Assembly (NCBI RefSeq): GCF_006345805.1
Contig: NC_042999.1
Coordinates: forward strand, 35,712,001 to 35,776,000
Length of the DNA: 64,000 nt
Reading direction: 5' to 3'
Origin: Octopus sinensis
Lineage: Eukaryota
Below, one piece after another: positions 57,104 through 64,000 of the stretch. The notes beneath the pieces were generated by a model. It had not been told where the DNA came from and did not search any database. It worked only from the letters and a program-made list of their open reading frames with translations. The position numbers and the translations under genes were made by a program. Position 1 is the stretch's first letter, and each line of letters begins with the position of its first letter.

Positions 57104-57685
57104 CGATATTTTTTTAATCTATTAATTTATTCTGAAGTGAGAAGAGGCTGCATTCATGATGTCCTTAGACAACCCCACCAGATGAGATAATATAAGCTGT
57201 TAATGTTTAGATAAAACTTGTTGATGTTTGTAGGGAAATCGTGAAAGGGGCGGGAATTTCAGGGAGCTAAGAGTTCTTTTGTTCTTTAATTATGGATTAA
57301 TCAAAGAAGAAGGGTAGCGTCGATGACCTTTGCAGAACCCCAGGGACCAGCGAGAGACAGGGAGCAAGAAACGATGATTCATTGGTTGCTACTAAACACG
57401 AGGAAGTTTAATCCAAGAAGCTCAATTGAGAGTTAGCTATCATGGCTGGGTCTACCAATAAATAACTTGAGATGTGGGAGTTAAGTATTGCATGGATGTA
57501 TTTCTCGCTTCGCACGTGGTTCTGGGTTTAGTCTTACTGCACGACAGGTATTGTTGGCCCGGGATTATTGTACCTACTATAGTCCCGGGCAGGCCAATAC
57601 CTTGCGTGTGAATTTAGAAGTCGGAAACTGTGTGGAAGCCCGTCGTACACACACACACATATGTATATATATATATATATCAATA

Positions 57686-57878
57686 TGTGACCGCGTGTGT
57701 ATCGTTGGCGATTTTGTTTCTCCATCTTCTCTTCTTTGGACTTTCTCTATATTCTTGACGAAGAGCTCCGCTCGAAACGTGAAATCCCCCTTCTTTCTTT
57801 CCTTTCCTGAGCGTTCAATAACACTTACTTATTCCACGTCCTCGCGTTGTTGTGTTTTCTCTTTGTTGATGTTTGGAT

Positions 57879-57882
<4 letters not shown>
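57686..57882 (+). mobile_element. Second copy of the ~200-nt hammerhead-motif element, inside the (TA)n tract of a decayed SINE D
   Basis: tgtgaccgcgtgtgtatcg...gtttggattaac|tatata. Confidence 0.75.
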
Positions 57883-57939
<57 letters not shown>

Positions 57940-58220
57940 GTGTGCGCCTTTCTAATTGTGCTTGTCCTCCCACTCCTCACCGCTTGACAACTGGTGTTGG
58001 CTTGTTTACCCCAAAGAGACCGATAGAATTATTACCAAGCTTCAGGGAGCGATTTCTTCCACTAAACCTTTCAAAGTACTGCTCCAGCATGACTCCAGTT
58101 CATGACAAAAGGTGTTTAGAAATAGTGAAATTTACCTGCAAAATGGATAAATGTATATATTGATCCATAATGATTATAAGGAAAATAAAAAAGCGATACT
58201 CAATATTTAATTAACTTGTG

Positions 58221-58615
58221 AGGGCGGCGAACTGGCGGAATCGTTAGCACGCCGGGAGATATGCTTTGTGGTATTTCGTCTGCTGCTACGTTCAGAGTTC
58301 AAATTCCGCCGAGATCGACTTTGCATTTCATCCTTTCGGGGTCGATAAATTAGGTACCAGTTACACACTGGGGTCGATATAATCGACTTAATCCGTCTGT
58401 CTGTCCTTGTGTGTCTCCTCTGTGTTTAGCCCCTTGTGGGTAGTAAAGAAATAGGTATTTCGTCCGTCCTTACGTTCTGAGTTCACATTGCGCCGGGGTC
58501 AACTTTCATCCTTTCTGGATCGATAAAATAAGTACCAGTTGAACGCTGGGGTCTATGTAATCAACTTATCCCCTCGACACGAAATTGCTTGTCTTGCTCT
58601 AAAATCTGAAATCAC
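58221..58615 (+). mobile_element. SINE family A, head plus two bodies
   Basis: Junction gaaata|ggtatttcgtc at about 58451. Confidence 0.87.
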
Positions 58616-60145
58616 TATTTAATTATTTTGTATGATTACAATATACTGGTTTCATACTGAAGACCCGAAATGAAATGTTTCAAGCATTAGTATTCAAATA
58701 AAAAGAATGTAACAAAAAACGGTGAAAGTTGTCGTTCTAGTCTTCATTGAATTACATTGAACACAGCACAAGCAAATAAATAAATAGGCTCAATGTTGGT
58801 TAGCAAATCAATGAATACAAAACCATTGCTAGTTTTATTTTTTCATTTCTAAAAGAAACGATGTTTGAAATGTCATAAAAATACTTTCTCTAATATCTTA
58901 TAACCTACTTGTAATATTTCGTTCTTTAAGTTGGGTGACGTATTTATACAAACATACACTTAAAATCATAGGATCACGAATTCACATACAAACAAATAGA
59001 TAAGTATATATGAGTATGTATATGCGGTAAGTTTGTATGTGTGTGTGTATGTCAGCGTGCGCGCGTTATGTTTTATGTAAATGTTTGCGGACTTACACAA
59101 ACTAATATGCGTGTGCTTACACAACTTATACGACCATTTAGTTAATTTGCTCGTAGTCACGTACAAAGATACCTGCAGGCAATTTATGCACCATAATAGC
59201 ATCAAAGACCTGAACCATCACCTTTTATGAAAGAGCATTGACATAATCGTTAATGTGTGAGAATAAACTATGGCGAAAATTTGAGGTGGTACATTTAATT
59301 TCCTTACACTTTTAAGGGGACATACATGGTTTATTAGATACTGCAGCTTTTAAGGGACTAACGGAAGAGCACGAAAGCTATTGAAGAAATGAAACCGTTA
59401 CAACAAACTCCCCCTACACACATACACCTCGGGCAACTTATTTCACTGAAATAACAAGGAATACACACATGCTACCTACCAAGTGTGTTACTCAAACCTT
59501 TGTTCCATAGGGTTGTGTTAATTCTATATGATTACGTATTTGTCTCCTTCTCACGTAATAACATTATAACAACTGTTCATCTGTAAGTGAAATATTATGT
59601 AAGTAGTTCTTGCATGAATCGACCCTAGAGATGAAAGTTAAACAGAAAAGATGGCTACATCTATAAAACATTTGCTCGTCTCGTCTGTAAACTTATATAA
59701 CTAATTTTCCAGCGCTGTTACTTGAGGTCATAGAATAAGGACGATAGAACGGAACAAAGTACCAAATTATAGCAGTTTTTATGTATTCCATTCCAATTAT
59801 ATTAAAGACGAAATTATGCTTTGGACCAACGTGGAAAAATTTCATGATAAAGATGAATAGGAAGCGACTATCTTCATACCAGGTGTCTCTTTGTTCGGTT
59901 TTGTTTCTCTGAGACTGTAGATGTTGTATTGATGGACTGAGTCTTACAGAAATTGATTGTTACATGTGCCAACACCCTCTTCACAGATTTTAATAGACTG
60001 AAGTAAGGTCTTAGCTTCAAACGGGTTCTATTCGCAAGTGTGGCTGATGGGTATCAGTGAGTATACGACGTACATACATACATATACATATATATAAAAT
60101 ATACAAACACACATGTATATGTACATACTTATTTGTAAGCATGTA

Positions 60146-60215
<70 letters not shown>

Positions 60216-60579
60216 CTATCTATCTATCTATCTCTCCTCTCTCTCTATATATATAATATATGTGTGTGTGTATGTATATATATATATACATATATATATA
60301 TATACTATATGTATGTATATATATAGTGTATATATATACTATATATATTATATATATATATATATATTATATATATATATACATACACTCATACATTTGT
60401 ACACATACAAATTTATTTGTAAGCATGTATGCATATATGTATATGTATGTGTATGTATATGTATATATATATATATATATACATATATATGTTTCTATAT
60501 GTATATATATGTATATATAATGTTTATATCTATAGGTATATTTATGTGTGTAATGGGGGCTCACGTCTATCTATCTATA

Positions 60580-60647
<68 letters not shown>

Positions 60648-61768
60648 GCTATCTATCTATCTATCTATTATCTATCTATTTATCATCTGATCTATCGTCA
60701 ATATTGTCACGCCTCCTTCCTTCAAACGGAAGAAACTATTTCATCATCCTTGTGGCTATGGCGAATGTATCTGGGTGGACGCTGTCTGAAAGGATGGAGA
60801 CAAACACTTTCCTCTCTTGGTCAATCTCTCATCAACTTCTTCAAGTACCACTTGAAAAGGAAGTGAGAGTAGAGAGGCAAGTTTTCTAGCGAATGTTTTA
60901 AAAAAAGATGGTGAATGTAGCAAGAATGGCACGAGGAATGACGAAGCCACCTTGAGCATAGTCCTATGAACCCAGAAATCGAAAACAAGAGTTGCTTATT
61001 TGCAAAAAAAAAAAAAAAAAAAAAAAATTATAAAATGTGACTTCATTGCAGGTACCGTGTTCTTTTCCCAGCTTTTCTTTCCACGGGTACCTCACCTGTC
61101 TCCCCTTTACACTCATTTGACATTTCTGTGACGATCCCTATTGACATTTTTTCCCTCTCCCCCCCCCCTTTTTTTTTTTTTTACCCCCCTATTTTTGTCC
61201 TCTTTCTCTCCTTTTACGATCCCTTTGATCGAACCCCCCCTTCCCTTTTTTTTTTTTTTTTTTTTTTTATACCTTCAAAAGAAAAGCTCTACCTTGTAAT
61301 TTTTCTATATCTTGTGCAGCCTGTGTGGCTAATAAGAAACATATCTATCTTCTATCTATCTATCTATCTATCTAGCTATCTATCTATCTATCTATCGTCT
61401 ATCTATCATCTATCTATCTATAACGCCTTACACTGCTCACATGAATCTGTGTTTGTCTCATACACAAACAGCAAAACAAATATATTCTTATTCAAATTCA
61501 TAAACATATGTATATGTGTGTATATGCATATGTATATCTTGCACACGTACACATACATACATACATACACACATATACATACATACATACATACATATGA
61601 ACGCATATTCGCTTGCCCTTATATGTACTTTCATGCACACATACACACATACATACAAGCATACATACACATACATGTATACGTGTATGCACATATACAT
61701 ACATGCATAAATACCTACATATATATATGCATGCTTACATACATACGTACATACGTATATACATACAT

Positions 61769-61802
<34 letters not shown>

Positions 61803-63158
61803 CTGCATACATTCTGTCCCTACCAAAATACGTTTGAAAGGTGTGAAATTTGTAAAACAAAATTGCTTTCCCTCCAGTCCGTTTCAATATGAATTAATTA
61901 GTTTTACCTGTTCACTCGGTACGTTGCAAACAAACGCTGCTTCATAGAGGATTGATGCTTCAGTAACAAATGATTCTTTTACCGACTTGTCTTTTTAAAT
62001 TCTTCACTGGTATTCTCGAGGAGGCATGAATATCACTTAATCTTATTTATTTTTATAATACTAAAGATTGTGCCAATATAAAATGAATGTTTGTATTTTG
62101 TGAAGGGCAATTTTCCTTTTCAACCTCTCAGGATCGATAAAATAACGTACCAGTCGGGTAGCCACCTCCACTTCCACCAAAAACTGCTGGTCTTGTGCCT
62201 AAATTAAAAGCAATTAGCTTATAACAATTCTGTTTGTTATTGCGTTACTTAGCCTGTCGGTAACGCTTTCACATGATAGGAGAAAAAGAGGGAGAAAGAA
62301 AAGGAGAGAGAAAATGAGGATGGGAGAAAAGAGGGAGGGAAGCGTTTATGACGTGAGGCAGAGGGAATGTAATTGTAACGCTTTCACGTGATTAGTTGAC
62401 GGGAAAGACAGGAGGAAGAAAAAGGAGAGAGAAAAAGAGGATAAGGCGAAGACTGAGACAGAAAGAGGGAGAGACAAGCGTCAATGGCGTGGGGTAGGAG
62501 GAATGTACTATTTATTTTGTGGCTAAAAAAGTTAGTTAAAGGTAGAGGAGAAGAGTTAAAAAATATAATTTTAGCAGAGGTGTGATGTTCTGATACTGAG
62601 GTTAAAGAAAGGCAGACAGAGAGGGGGAGAGAGAGAGAGAGGACGGTAAAAGAGAAGGTAAAGAGAGAGATTATGATGGCGGTGGTGGTGGTGGTGATTA
62701 GAAAACGAAAAGTGTATTTCTTAAAAAATTGAATCAAGTTTTTCTATATCACCTATCACTCAACGCATGCGCGTAAGTGCAATTCCGCGAAATATTAACG
62801 CTTATTTATGTGGCAGATATATGCAATTTAACTAAAGGTTGTATCATATGTACGAGATATTTTTTTGCTTATTTATGAGAAAAATGGAAAAATAAGAGTG
62901 AACATTTATTTCATGAGCGCTGTGTATTAAGTCTATGAAATTGTGCATAAAGTATATAAAGTGTGTATATTATATATATATATATAAAGTGCATTAAGTA
63001 ATCATCGTATTCCAATTTCTTTCACTTTTCAAGGAGTAATCGTCGTATTCCAATTTTTTCACTTTTCACTTCCATGAAATATTTACGGGTCCCGCTAGTT
63101 ATTATTATTATTATTATTATTGTTATTATTATTATTATTGTTATTATTATTATTATTA

Positions 63159-63220
<62 letters not shown>

Positions 63221-63221
<1 letters not shown>

Positions 63222-63430
63222 GACGGCGGGCTGGCAGAATCGTTAGCACACTGGACGAAATGCTTAGCAGTATTTCGCTCGTCACTACGTTCTGAGTTCA
63301 AATTCCGCCGAGATCGACTTTGCCTTTAATCCTCTCGGCGTCGATGAGTATCAATGAAACACTGGGTTGATGTAATCGACTATCTACTCCCCACAAATTA
63401 CTGACCTTGTACCTTTAGTAGAAAGGATTA
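63221..63430 (+). mobile_element. SINE family A variant
   Basis: Homology to other copies. Confidence 0.78.
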
Positions 63431-63462
63431 TTATTACTACTACTACTACTACTACTACTACT

Positions 63463-63827
63463 ACCTCCTCCGCCTTAGCGAAGGCGGAGGTATTGTTTTC
63501 AGTCGTGTTTGTTTGTCCGTGGACAAGGTATCTCAAGAACTGCGGGATGAATTAGGGTGAAGCTTTCAGGGATGTTTGACCTCGTGACTGACACAGACTG
63601 ACTAGATTTAGGGATCGATCCGGTACCGGATAAGGATTCTGGATTATTTTTCCAGTTTTTTTTTTACTTAATTTTTGAGAGCGCTCGGGTTCATTTCTAA
63701 TATTCTCGTTTGTGAGAGCAGTCGAGTTTATTTCAGATATTCACATTTAAAAAATTATCTCTGGCTAATCGTTGAGTGGACGTAGTGTTGCCTTGGCAGA
63801 GGTTTACACTCTCTGAGTGCTCTTGTT
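63463..63827 (+). mobile_element. HINE/DINE-1-like (Helentron-associated) non-autonomous element
   Basis: 5' hairpin cctccgcctt-agcg-aaggcggagg, 3' subterminal ccttggcagagg, then stem-loop cactc-tct-gagtg. No TSD. Confidence 0.6.
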
Positions 63828-63831
63828 ATTA

Positions 63832-63872
<41 letters not shown>

Positions 63873-63885
63873 TATTATTATTATT

Positions 63886-63917
<32 letters not shown>

Positions 63918-64000
63918 ATTATTATTGAGTGTGAGAGCAAAGCGACACTGGAGTAAAATTTACGAAGCCCAAAATACCCATCATGACTATCCGCCTGATA

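Overview
AT-rich, repeat-dense animal DNA. The SINE families and microsatellite load look like a cephalopod, probably Octopus (inference). The ORF track is mostly microsatellite artefact. One real gene runs on the + strand: an ADAMTS-like M12B zinc metalloprotease rebuilt by hand from 15 GT-AG exons (6333-49695, about 611 codons, phase-consistent and stop-free), plus one tentative upstream exon. Its order is prodomain, catalytic domain (HEIGHILGMPHD plus Met-turn), Cys-rich domain, TSP1, Cys-rich domain. The signal-peptide exon and the 3' terminal exon(s) were not found. The introns hold at least four SINE families, restriction-like-endonuclease (RLE) LINE fragments tied to (CATA)n arrays, a Penelope-like element, Helitron and mariner remnants, and MITEs. 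The least expected features are: (i) several minimal hammerhead-ribozyme-like motifs in short Penelope-related elements, one fused to a tRNA-like head; (ii) a perfect palindrome with 143-bp arms; (iii) a hAT MITE whose left end was amplified into a 5 x 143-bp array. No rRNA, true tRNA gene or CRISPR array was seen. Repeat boundaries are approximate, and all alignments were done by eye.
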